Origin: Octopus vulgaris
Taxonomy: Eukaryota
NCBI GenBank assembly: GCA_951406725.2
Contig: OX597814.1
Coordinates: 211,544,001-211,608,000, forward strand
Direction: 5' to 3'
Length of the DNA: 64,000 nucleotides
The notes under the pieces were generated by a model. The model was not told the origin of the DNA and ran no database searches. It worked only from the letters and a program-made list of their open reading frames with translations. Within the stretch, counting starts at the first letter, position 1. The number at the start of each line of letters is the position of its first letter. The translations under genes and the position numbers were made by a program. Below, in pieces: positions 14,786-27,089 of the stretch.

Positions 14786-14823
14786 TCTTTCTGTTGAAGA
14801 GCGTAGGCTGGAAACGTAAAAGA
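14786..14823 (+). ncRNA. Minimal hammerhead-like motif in a ~200-bp TA-flanked repeat
   Basis: Stem I tcttt/aaaga; core CTGTTGA (variant); stem II gagc-gtag-gctg; GAAACGTA. Confidence 0.55.
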
Positions 14824-15724
14824 CTTGTTTTATTTATATTCCTGAGCGCCATACTAATAAAATTGTTTGTTTGTACTCCACCTGTCTTCGTCTTTTGTTT
14901 ATTTTCATAAAGCTTCCCTTTATATATATATACATCTACGCGCCATCATTTCGTAGAGAATGGCAAACGTAGTCTATTTTGCATCAAATTCGAAATACAA
15001 TTGTTTTCTCTCTCTCTAATATAGTATTTGTTTTATATGCTTGACTCTAGCGTCTCAGAATTTTGTACAGGCAAACAATTTCAAACTCCGTACATTTCAG
15101 TCACTCGCAATAATTTCAGGGCAAATACGCGAGAGTTATAAATCGTGCTTCAATGTGTATTTGACATGTCAAGCTTACGTAGAGAATTGAAAGAATGTGT
15201 GCGAACCGGTTAGGCGAATGAAAGTTAGAATAATGGTTTATCTAATTGTATGATCGCTAGGTAAAACCAGCTAGTTGTGCAACAGCTTTACAATTGAAAA
15301 CAACTAAAAGTTTAATTGAAATAGTGATACACTTCAGGATATGTTACATTGCTGCCACCAATTTTTCAATTTTGTCTTTTAAGTATATTCATTTAGTGTT
15401 TCATTTTAGTGATGGCATTACATTTATAATATTCCATGCAAACGAATGTAGACACATTGAGCAAATAGAGCCTTGCAAATATCTTAGTCTTATGTAAACT
15501 GCATGTGAAATGCTGGGCCTGCGAGACTTATGCGGCTCGTTTCAATCAAAATTCAAGCCAGTATGTGGCGTTACTATATATTTAAAAATCGTGTACCCAG
15601 AAAAATGTGCATTATATAAATACAAATAATTTAGTTGATGGAAACTGAATTATCCATGAGGAAGTATGAGGTTTTAAAAGATTTTTACTTAACAAGAAAG
15701 AACTCTGTGTGTGCATGGGGGGGG

Positions 15725-15867
15725 AGGGTAAACAGCTTGCTTCTAAACCACATGGTTCCGGGTTCAGTCTCACTGCGTGACAGCTTCCACCAGTGTCTTC
15801 TAGTATATCCCCAGGACGACTACCAGCCTTGTGAATGGATTTCATAGACAGAAAAGAATGAAGCCCG

Positions 15868-15868
<1 letters not shown>
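15725..15868 (+). mobile_element. Degenerate SINE family C 5' part
   Basis: agcttgcttctaaaccacatggttccgggttcagtc.cactgcgtg aligns with 18245-18290; similar relics at ~22575-22810, ~40880-40960, ~51215-51360 (minus) and ~51540-51670. Confidence 0.7.
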
Positions 15869-15923
<55 letters not shown>

Positions 15924-16247
15924 CTGTGTGTGTGTATGTATATGTATATGTATATATATAACTATATATATATAGTACAAATATGTTACAAAAAGCAAAT
16001 ATAAAATACTCGTGGAGATGTAAGGGTAAAATATGAAAAATCAACGAAATGCACATTCTAAATAAGAATTAAAAAAAGGCTATGAAAGGTAACGACAAAT
16101 ATATACATTTAGATTGACTGGGGTAGTAATAAGAGTCATAAAAGTCATTATTATGAGATGATTATAAGATGATAATAAAGTAAGAAAACAAAGCGAACCA
16201 TGGTTTCGGCAATCCATTGCTTTGTATATTATTTGTAAAGGAGGTAA

Positions 16248-16281
<34 letters not shown>

Positions 16282-16379
16282 GCGCGTATGTGTGTGTGTG
16301 TGTGTGTGTGTTTGTGCATTTCGTTTTGGGATTTGGTTTGCAAAATACTTTATATAAGTTTGTGTGTTAAAGTATATAC

Positions 16380-16540
16380 TTGTTGTGTGTGGGGAGAGTC
16401 ATTCTCTTTTAGTGCCTTATAATTTAACACACTCACAAGTAATATTTCTAATTATTTCTGCTTTACTTTTCTAAAATGTTCGTTGCTTCTTGCAACCTTT
16501 TCAATAGTTTTGACTCTCAAAATTTTTTGAAAAGGTTGCC
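16380..16540 (-). repeat. Short dispersed repeat with a hammerhead-shaped but core-degenerate stem-loop
   Basis: tgttgtgtgtggggagagtca..gtgccttataa..taacacactcac..ctaaaat.ttcgttgc..cttgcaac recurs at ~47309-47437; small inversion 16492-16504 / 16527-16539. Confidence 0.6.
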
Positions 16541-17009
16541 AAAAATGTATGGTTGGAAGGGGTATATACTAAATGTAACGCAATGAGGAGAAAAAGAGAG
16601 AAAGGGGAAAAAGAAAGGAACCGGGAAGGATAAACAGGGGTAAGAGAGAAAGAAATCAAAATTACTTTCAGTGATGACAAAACCGCACCTATTTAAGGGG
16701 CTACCATCCTTAAACCTATGCCGATATAATGTTAAAGGACTAGAGAAATACATAAATGAATGAGGAATAGGAAGGTGGATACCCCTTCTACCTCTCTTTC
16801 CCTGTACCTATTATCTGTGCATCTGTCTGATTATCTATCTATCTTATTTTTTTTTTGTTCTTTTCTTCCCTTTTACGATCCCTCTTGATCGAAAACCTAC
16901 GCCACCCTTTTTTTTCTTTTGTTTTTTGTTTTTTTCAGCCCCCAAAAGATAAGCTCTACCTTGTAACTTGTCCCATCTGTGTGCAGCTCTGTGTGGCCAA
17001 TAAAGAAAC

Positions 17010-17044
<35 letters not shown>

Positions 17045-17054
17045 CCAATATCTA

Positions 17055-17095
<41 letters not shown>

Positions 17096-17097
<2 letters not shown>

Positions 17098-18095
17098 CCA
17101 CGATCACAAGTTATGCAGATGATACAAAAGTTTGACAGGCAATACAGAACCCTGAAGACACTAAGCACCTGCAATGTGAGCTGGACAAAATATACAAGTG
17201 GGCTGAGAAGAAAAGCATGCAGTTCAATACTGAACAGTTTCAAGCTCTATGCTATCAGCATGCAAAACTAAATGCAATACCCAATAAATACACTGGACCT
17301 GGAGGGACTGCAATCCCAGAGGCACAATCAGTGCGAGACCTGGGTATTTACATGAGTGATGATGCAACCTTTCATGTGCATGTTGCTAAATTGGCAATGA
17401 TATGTAGGCGGCTGACCGGATGGATTCTTAGAACCTTCAGAACAAGAGACCAGGAAACCATGATGGTCCTCTGGAGGACACTTGTCCTAAGCCACTTTGA
17501 CTATTGCTCTCAGCTATGGTCACCATCCAGTGTCAAGTTAATCACAGAACTTGAGGCGATCCAACGAAGCTACACTAAGAAGATCGCCTCTGTGCATCAT
17601 ATAAGCTGTTGGAAAAGACTCAAGAGATTGAGACTCTATTCCTTAGAGCGTAGGCGAGAAAGATATGCCATAATATACATCTGGAAGATCCTAGAAGGAC
17701 TTGTCCCAAACTTTGGCATCGAGAGTTACACAAATGCCAGAACTGGGCGCCACTGCATAGTGCCAAGGACTCCAAATTTGCCATCAAGATGTAGGACAAG
17801 ATACTGTGATAGCCTGGGCTTCCGAGGCCCACAGCTCTTCAATATCCTCCCGAAGAACCTAAGAGACCTGCATGGGGTGGATACAGATGTCTTTAAAATG
17901 AAACTAGATCTCTCCTTGTCAGGTGTCCCAGATGAACCAACTTCACCGCAGGAGGTGCAGATGAGGGCAGCTGCATCGAACTCGCTCATGCAACAAATGG
18001 CAACTGCTAAAAAGCATTCGTGAAGTAAAATCATGTAGCAAACCAAATCGGGGACCCCAGCATGGCCACAGCTTGTGAGCTGAAACCAGATAAAT
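17096..18095 (+). mobile_element. 5'-truncated CR1-group LINE (RT C-terminus plus 3' UTR)
   Basis: SYADDTK at ~17109-17129, one in-frame stop, then ORF 17217-18023 with VRDLGI, DYCSQLWSP, LYSLERRRER, GPQLFNILP; high identity to 52025-53098. Confidence 0.92.
17217..18023 (+). pseudogene. LINE ORF2 C-terminal fragment (RT thumb and C-terminal region), 268 aa
   Basis: ORF track translation carries CR1-group motifs; endonuclease and most of the RT are missing. Confidence 0.85.
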
Positions 18096-18108
18096 ATATA
18101 AATTTTAA

Positions 18109-18219
<111 letters not shown>

Positions 18220-18633
18220 CGCAGGAGTGGCTGTGTGGTAAGTAGCTTGCTAACCAACCACATGGTTCCGGGTTCAGTCCCACTGCGTGGCATCTTGGGC
18301 AAGTGTCTTCTGCTATAGCCCCGGGCCGACCAATACCATGTGGGTGGATTTGGTAGACGGAAACTGAAGGAAGCCTGTCATATATATGTATATATATATA
18401 AGTGTGTGTGTATATGTTTGTGTGTCTGTGTTTGTACCCCTAGCATTGCTTGACAACCGATGCTGGTGTGTTTACGTCCCCGTCACTTAGCGGTTCGGCA
18501 AAAGAGACCGATAAAATAAGTACTGGTCTTACAAAGAATAAGTCCCGAGGTCGATTTGCTCGACTAAAGGCGGTGCTCCAGCATGGCCGCAGTCAAATGA
18601 GTGAAACAAGTAAAAGAGTAAAAGAGTAAAGAG

Positions 18634-18635
<2 letters not shown>
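18220..18635 (+). mobile_element. tRNA-derived SINE, family C (full length)
   Basis: gcaggagtggctgtgtggtaag head, gggttcagtcc B-box-like, cttgggcaagtgtctt central motif, internal TA/TG microsatellite, (gagtaaaa)n tail; near-identical copy at 24143-24577. Confidence 0.9.
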
Positions 18636-18699
<64 letters not shown>

Positions 18700-18934
18700 C
18701 TCGCTACCTACCTATATTTCTACCTATCTATTTCCATTCTCATGGAACTTCACCCAAAAAGACTAAACAAACATCCCAAAACATATTTTATATGAATGAA
18801 CAAGCTGGTTGTACATTCATAAAATTTTATTTGAAAAGTACTAGAAACGAATGAAACCGCTAATAATAATAAAGAAATAAAAGAATGTTTTTCGAAAATT
18901 CTGACTTTTTTCTCAATATATCTGTATATATAAA

Positions 18935-19031
<97 letters not shown>

Positions 19032-19350
19032 TAAATATGAATTACTTAGTCACATTCACAATAACTGCAATGACAATCTTAGCAGTAAGAAAATTAAAAA
19101 TACAAATAATTGAATTTGAAATATAAATAATCAAATTATCAATACCAAAATATAGATTACTAACGCAAATTACTAATGCAAAAATTTGTGGATAACTTCA
19201 TACACATTCTAAATTCGGTCACTGCATCTGCAGGTGCGAGGATATCCATATCTATACACACAGATTTGTGTGTGCGAGTTTTTAAATATATATTGTGTTC
19301 AGACTAGTGAGACTCATTATGCCAATAGTTTTAACATATATGCTTAGTAC

Positions 19351-19446
19351 AGTTCTATATTTATGAGGAATTATGTACATTATTTACATTATTTACATTT
19401 AACGGATGAGGGCAAATATCCGTCAAATGTAAATAATGGAAATAAT
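19351..19446 (-). mobile_element. Very short, 5'-inverted copy of the 13067 element tail
   Basis: agttctatattt..gaggaattatgtacattatttacatt followed by inverted gagggcaaatatccgtcaaatgtaaataatg; matches 13067-13130 and 55647-55715. Confidence 0.7.
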
Positions 19447-19492
19447 ATATATATATATATTTATTTATATATTTAGATAAATAATATATAAG

Positions 19493-19548
<56 letters not shown>

Positions 19549-19630
19549 GTGAAATAGAAAGATGAATAATCTTGTTGAAATAAAACGATTTCTGTTCAAT
19601 CTTCGTTCAACTCCATTTCTTAAATTCACT

Positions 19631-19697
<67 letters not shown>

Positions 19698-20279
19698 CTT
19701 TCGTGAGTTGAGTTGAGCAAACACTATATGAGAGAGGTTTTCTTTAAGTATTGGAAATAGTTTTTAAAAAAGTTTTTTTAGCTGCTATTTCTAATGAGTT
19801 CAGTATGCGGCAAAGTAATTTATTTTACTAAGCCCTTTTATATAATGTAATAATTTGAATTCGCCTTAAATGGTCCCTTTGTATACTGAATACTTGGTGA
19901 AATTGATTAATTAATTAATTTTACCCTCAATTGTTGAAATTATATATATATACATATATACGTATATACATATAAAGATCGTCGTAGAGTATATTATAAA
20001 GTACTTGTTAGAACTTAGTAGAGTGCAGTATAAAGCTCGTCTACCATCAAATTTACATTGTGCTATCCAGTTGTAGTATTATACGTACTTCCAGGTATGC
20101 CTTTGGCCATCTGTCGCGTGTGATTAGATAGTTAAAAAATTAGAGTGAACTAGACGTCACAGAGTTGGACATTTATTGCATAACCACTACAATTGTTTCC
20201 AAGCAACGTAGTTCGCCAGGCGTGCAGGTACATGCCCGCCCAACCATACTCCTTCTTATAGACCCCAATTTTTCCGGCT

Positions 20280-21360
20280 TTCACTCCATACACGCCAGCT
20301 CAATTTGAATATTTTGAGTCGAAAGACAGCTACTATTTCTTGTTTGTTTTTTTTTTGTATTTGTAATTAAATAACATGTTCTCCGTTTTTTTTTTATTTG
20401 TGCTTTCTTCTTTGTTTCTGTACACATTCGCTAGCTTTCTTACAAAGGGGTCTAATGCTCCTAGGTTAGACGTTTTGGGGGACAACCAGATCGAACCATC
20501 TCAAGTGTAACTGTTTGAAATGGTCATGCCTTGGGTACTTGACTGAAGAAAGCCAAGACTGACCCGTCTTTTTTGCCTTTCCTTCTAATTATTTTTTCAT
20601 TTGTCCGCCTTTGTGTCGTCTATCTGTGTGAACGTTTTAATGTCCTCTATAATGGCGTACGTACTCCCTTCAGCCCACCATATAGTAGGTATGTATCTAA
20701 ATTTTGTAAGACTCTTACTCTGTCTTTTACTCCCCCTCTCATTTCTCTTCCTTTCTCTCGCTCCCCCTCTCTCACAATTCTTCGCCATCCGTCTTTAACT
20801 CCCGCTATTTTCCACTCGCTTATCTCGCCTGCACCTTTCTCTTTTTTTCTAATCCTTCAATCTCGCTGTCCCCTACCTATTTACTCCTCTTTCCACGTGA
20901 CCGGTGTCCGCCCAGCCATGATCTTTCTTTCTTGGCCTGAATGTCGACCGTCATCACGTCTTGTGTCCATCTCCCAATTTCCTGCCTTTTGACATTCACT
21001 CCAAATACGCCAGCTCAATTTGAATCGTTCTCAGTCGAAAGACACCTGCCATTATTTCTTGTTATTTGTATTCGTAATTCTGTACCATTTTCTCGGTTTG
21101 TTTTTGTTTTTATTTTTTATCTTTGTTACCGTAGAGATTCGCTAGCTTTCTTACAAAGGGGTCAAATTATCTTAGGTTAGACTTTTTGGGGAACAACGAG
21201 ATGGAATAATCACAAGAGTAACTGTCCGAAATGATCATGACTTCTGGTACTTGACTGAAGAAAGAAAGCCAAGATTTACCCGTCATTTTTGCCTGTCCTT
21301 CTAATTGATATTTCCCTTGTCCGCCTTTGTGTCGTCTATCTCTCCGTATGCTTTAATGTC
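20280..21360 (+). repeat. Two ~365-bp diverged direct repeats around a pyrimidine-rich spacer
   Basis: ttcactcca.a.acgccagctcaatttgaat...ttcgctagctttcttacaaaggggtc...gtacttgactgaagaaag...gtcgtctatct at 20280-20647 and 20995-21360. Confidence 0.8.
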
Positions 21361-22964
21361 ATCAAACGCGTGTTTGTTCCATATATATGCGTGTGTGAGT
21401 GTGTGTGTGTGTACGTACAAAAGTTTGTTTTATGTTATAACAACAAATTTGCATTAAACTGAAGTATTACTTCGTTTGATAATGTAGAAATTAATTATTC
21501 TTTAACAAGAATATTATTGAAGTTAAACATAGCTAAGCTATCCTCGTACTGCGGCACATGGATTTCATCTTGGCTTTATCTATTTTCTATTAAACTAAAG
21601 TTTCTCAGGATAAGATGAGATTTGTTGAATGACAAGTATGTGGTAGTGTAAGCTTTGATGGGGAAATGCGGTAGATTATATTTTTATTATTATTATTATT
21701 AATTTTAGGGTTATTACAATTCAGAATTTCTGCATCTATGTAGTAATCTATTTATGCGTTTCAGCTAATGTTTTGAGAATGAGAAATTTGAAGTTCAGAG
21801 TTCAGTTCGGCATTTAAACCTTTATAATTAGGTGTGTTTATATAGATGTGTCAGATTTTCGGTAATGGAATTTTAAATAGGTGATAACTTTCTGTTGGCA
21901 GCAGGATGCTTTACTTGTCAGCGTTGTTTAGTATATTTCATCTATTTGGGAAGCTGTGGCTAAGCATATCATTGCGTTGCCACTATGGGAAAACGCACTA
22001 CAGTCCTATGACGGCTTTCACTATCAATGCTCTTCTTGTGAAACAATAAAGAATATATAAATACACGTGTATATTAATATGTATATACGTGAAAGTTGTT
22101 GATTCTTGCTATGATTTTTAGCGTTTAGTCTCATAACCTGCCCTCATATGTTTGCAATTTTTGTTTGTGTAGAGAAATCAATGTGTGACTGTGAGCATAT
22201 ATGCAATACAACTCAAAAAGATAGTATAATCATAAATTTCAACCACAAAGTTTCGGGGTGGATATGAAGCACAATGAAAAGATACCAGGAATTGTGTGAA
22301 GACTGGTTCAGTTACTACCTCAAGTCATGATACCTCAAATGCTCACATATAACATATGGAATTAAATAAATGGGGACTGATATTGCATGCATGTGAATCA
22401 CAGTGACATCGTTGGGTTACAACATATCATTGAAAAACAGCGTTAACGTGCAACATGAGTTTGAAAACCACTGTTTCATTGCGAAGATAGTGATATGTGT
22501 GTATGTGTGAGTATGTGTGTATGTGTGAGTATATGTGCGTGTGCGTGTATGTATGTATTTGTGGCAGTGTGGGAAGGAGCTTGCTTCTAAACAACATGGT
22601 TCCGAGTTCAGTCTCCCTTGCGTGGTACCTTTAGCAAGTGTTTTCTATAAAATTGGGCCACCAAAATCCTTGTACATAGAGGTAGAAGGAAACTGTGCGT
22701 AACCGTCGTATATATTCATATATGTATGCGTGTGTCTTTGAGTCTCTGTTTATCCCTCACCACCTCTTGAGAAATGATGTCGTTGTGCTTACGGACCGTA
22801 ACTTACCGTCACATGAGGAAATATGTTGTATAGAAATTGAGCGATTTGTTGTACATCAAGTGTGTGTGCATTTATATATGTATGCATCTTGCTGTCTGTC
22901 TACATATTTATGTCACGCTCTCTTTGTATATACATAAATATATATATACATACATATATATACC

Positions 22965-23055
<91 letters not shown>

Positions 23056-23071
23056 ATATATATACACACAT

Positions 23072-23150
<79 letters not shown>

Positions 23151-24142
23151 TTATATCTGCATGAACATATACATACAAACACTTATACAACTAAAACAAT
23201 AATGTTTCCTTCAATCCAATATTTGTCATAATATCGTATCTGCGTGAACCAACTTAATTTCAGAATAATGATTCGTGAAGGGATCACAGTAAGTTAAGGC
23301 GAAACCTAGATAATATAAGTTTTCTTTATGGCAGGAGTTTAAAAAGGAAAAGTTTGCTGATCATTAGCTATAATTTTATTTGAGTGGTGAACTATTATAT
23401 ATATTCAACATATGACGATATAAATCCAAGTAGCATCTAAAGAATCTCATTAGATTCTAGGAAAACGAAATTAAACTCAAATATATATACTTTATGCAGA
23501 CCGGAGGAAATGGCTCTTCCAACTCGAATCGACCGCTACTAAATTATTCTAACATTCAATAAATAGGAAATAATATTCAGCGAAATATTATACTTGGAAA
23601 TTACTTTCCAACCAGCAATGATATGAATTTAGTCACGTTAAGAAATCTGCTCTCTCATCTGTCTGTTAATAACTTGACTCTGACTGGAATGACGATCTGA
23701 TGTTTTCCCTAGTGAACTCAGATTCTTGTCACATAGGGCGTCAATAGATAAAGAATATACTCAGGGAAAGGGATTAGAATAATCGCTATATTTTTTCTAG
23801 TAGAGAATTCAGAAGTCATTTCAATATTTCAGTAAGACAGGAATATTTCGCTATTTCCTTCTTGTTGCTTTTTATTCCTCTCTTCGTATGTGAAAGATAT
23901 TTGGAAAAAGACTTCATGAGTTACTGCTAGTTTGTAAGCTGCTTCAATAGGAAACTAGTTGCCAAAGTATTCAAATACGGCAAAGTAACAGTACAGTAAT
24001 GGTATGCACATTTTTAATGAGCTTTTTTCAGATTAACATTTCCGTTTCAATTATTTCACATAATCATTTGTTATAGCCCCGATGAATTTCTACTTAGCTA
24101 TACAGAACTGTCATTGTATAAACACATTGATTAAACGTATTA

Positions 24143-24355
24143 TACTCTTTCTCTTTTACTCTTTTACTTGTTTCAGTCATTTGACTGCAGCCATGCTGGA
24201 GCACCACCTTTAGTCGAGCAAATCGACCCCGGGACTTATTCTTTGTAAGCCCAGTATTCTATCGGTCTCTTTTGCCGAACCGCTAAGTAACGGGGACGTA
24301 AACACACCAGCATAGTGTGGACAAACACAGACACACAAACCCACAAACACACACA

Positions 24356-24411
<56 letters not shown>

Positions 24412-24577
24412 TACGACAGGCTTCTTTCAGTTTCCGTCTACCAAATCCACTCACAAGGCATTGGTCGGCCCGGGGCTATAGCAGAAGACACTTGCCCAAG
24501 ATGCCACGCAGTGGGACTGAACACGGAACCAAGTGGTTGGTTAGCAAGCTACTTACCACACAGCCACTCCTGCGCCT
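24143..24577 (-). mobile_element. tRNA-derived SINE, family C
   Basis: Reverse complement of 18220-18635 with a small internal deletion. Confidence 0.9.
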
Positions 24578-25635
24578 TTCGATTATGATGCGTTTTTTTA
24601 AATTTAGTTTTCAATTTTCAAAAATGTCTAGTTATAACGTATGTAGAACCGTAAGTAGATAGACTAATAAATTGCCCTTGGTATTTGGAATATATAATTT
24701 AATTCCTTTTCCAGGAAAACACTGTTTAAGACTATTCAAGATCTCGGTGACAGGATTTTTACTTGAACAAAAACACGTTAGTTTCAATCACATTGTTTCT
24801 TTTGTTCTTGTCGTGACTGACAGCTATTTGTAGCGAGCTTCGTGTTAACATATCTCTCTATATAACGGCTGGTGTAGCGAGTAGTCCTAGAAACATCGAG
24901 AAATGTATAATGATTTAAATATAGGCATATATTAATGAAGATATATTTTATATTCATTCTTTCATTTAATTTACGACACATAAATATTGATCACATCCTT
25001 CACACATTTAAAAATTATGTTTTGATAATTGTCGCTGAATAAGCGTCAGAAATGCGTGAATAATCACTTGAATATGCATGAGTGTATATCTATGCGTAGA
25101 ATGTATGTTGTATCTTATGATAGCCATCTTAATTGTTGTAGAACATACAGCTACGGAAATTCAGAAATGATATACGTACAAAATGTTAATTTGTTTCGGG
25201 ATATTCTGCATATTCCATTCGGTATTTTTATAGATACGAAACAATGAAAGAATTTGATTTATAATTGGTTTAATGCGTTTAACGTATCGAAGAATCAATG
25301 AATCGGTAGGTTAATTTTGAAAATTACCATAGCGTTCAAAATATATATTAATTAGAATTAATTCTAGCACTACATTCGGGTGCTTTCTTACTCCATCGTT
25401 CTAACTCGCCTGTCCTCTCTCTCTCTCAATTCCCCCCTCTCTCTCTGTTTATTCGGTCATCTTTGAGTTTCATGAATTTTGAAGTTATGTACGTGGTCAA
25501 ATTGTTGCTATATGGGCTGCCTACTAATAATCGATCTGTCTACTTACATTTCTACATTAGTTATACTACACTTAAAATTGTACCTTTCTAATGCCACGTT
25601 ATAAAAGGGGCATTTTGTGTGAAAGTTTATCAGCA

Positions 25636-25712
25636 GATTAACAAATTGTTTGGTTATTAGAGGATTAACAAACTATTTGGACATTGGCGGATTAACAGTG
25701 TTTGGTCATATA
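25636..25712. repeat. ~27-bp minisatellite, 3 degenerate units
   Basis: gattaacaaattgtttgg / gattaacaaactatttgg / gattaacagtgtttgg. Confidence 0.6.
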
Positions 25713-25789
25713 GATGACCTCATTTGGTTTATGGCAAGACTGAATATGTTTGTGAACATAGCTTGTAAACTCCAGAAACACATACGTAA

Positions 25790-26275
25790 CCACTACCATC
25801 ACTCACATAAATACTAGAAAAGAGGTTCGATCATTTATCAAACACAATAAAAACAACAATATTGAGAACACCTCCCCAAAGATCCTTCAACGGCACATCT
25901 CCACTCAGCTGTAACTTGACGAAAAAGAGAAAAGAACTAGTGTTCAAGGCCATCACTATGGATTTGAAGAGAAAAGCTAATACTGAAATGACGGGAAACA
26001 CCTTCAAATTCAGATAAATGCAGAATTAGGATCTGTTCAGGCATAAAATGCAAAGTTACACAACGTTTTTATCCAACACGGTATAAATACTTAGAGGGCG
26101 GTGTGAACAGCCCCATGTAACCTGGAGCATTATAGCCAGGAATGGGTAGCAAATCGAGCTCTGCATTACACTAAATGTCATAACATCAACAAGGAATTGT
26201 GAACTATTAGGGATAAAACTCCTCACAATATATGCACAAGCAATAATTTAAACTTCGAAATTTCACCACCATATT
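25790..26275 (+). pseudogene. Penelope-like element GIY-YIG endonuclease remnant
   Basis: Reads SCNL..LVFKA, then TGNTFKFR*MQN*DLFRHK..TFLSNTV*IL..VTWSIIAR..ELCI, matching the PLE pattern T.N.FK.R...H..SFR....T.LS...W.LK.....W.I.....C.LC. Confidence 0.6.
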
Positions 26276-26398
26276 TTCACTCAGTCAACCTGAATAAGTT
26301 TTTTTTTGGACATCGATTATATGCATTATATGAACACTATGCATGAGAGACATATGGCCCCGTAAGCATATCATGGATTCACTTAGTACATGCATATA

Positions 26399-26900
26399 CG
26401 AGGTACGTTCAAAAAGTATGGTCGTGTTTTCGTTTTTGCGCAAAATAACAGAACGCACCGAGAAAAGACCATAAGCCCATGTTTTCCTAACATCGTGATC
26501 GGGCTTTGCACTGTACGGCATGTCCTGAGTGATTTCCATGCGGAGTTCGTTCTGCTGTTCCGTCAGCACCTTGGGGACGACTTTAGTCGACACTTTCCGC
26601 ATACACATATCTTCCGTTAAAATGGAATACACTAATCTAACTTAGCACTTCGTGTGCAATTTCCTGGATTGCCGAACCTTCTCAATCAGTGCATCGTTTC
26701 GGCTTGTGCATGTTCTTCATAAGAGTCCCTCCCTCTTCAATAATGTGCACTCATTTTTGACGCGGTTGTAAAGCTTTTTGATCTGAGTTTGACCCATGGG
26801 ATCATCGTCAAAGTCCTGCTGAACCTTCTGGTTGATTCGAGCTAGATCATCAACAAGCATTCAGCAAAATTAATGCATTATTTCTGCTCCATGCGTTCAG
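26399..26900 (-). mobile_element. Internally deleted mariner element
   Basis: TA-cgaggtacgttcaaaaagt TIR-like end; minus strand DFDDDPMGQTQIKKLYNRVKN and SILTEDMCMRKVSTKVVPKVLTEQQ (HTH and WVP-linker equivalents); catalytic domain missing. Confidence 0.75.
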
Positions 26901-27089
26901 TGGAAATGAAAATTCGACTATCGCACAATACATATTTGTAATCAAGGCATAATAGGCGGGAACTGACGCGGTACCCAAATTTTCATGCACCCAATGTATT
27001 TTGCCCACGAGGCATTAGTTTTGGCAGGGAAACATAATTCGCATATTTTTCCATCTGTACATGAATATATTGGTAGCCTTGTTTCTTCA

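Noticed and set aside
25636-25712. Short regularly spaced repeats, superficially CRISPR-like
   Set aside because: Three degenerate tandem units without unique spacers, in eukaryotic DNA with no cas genes.
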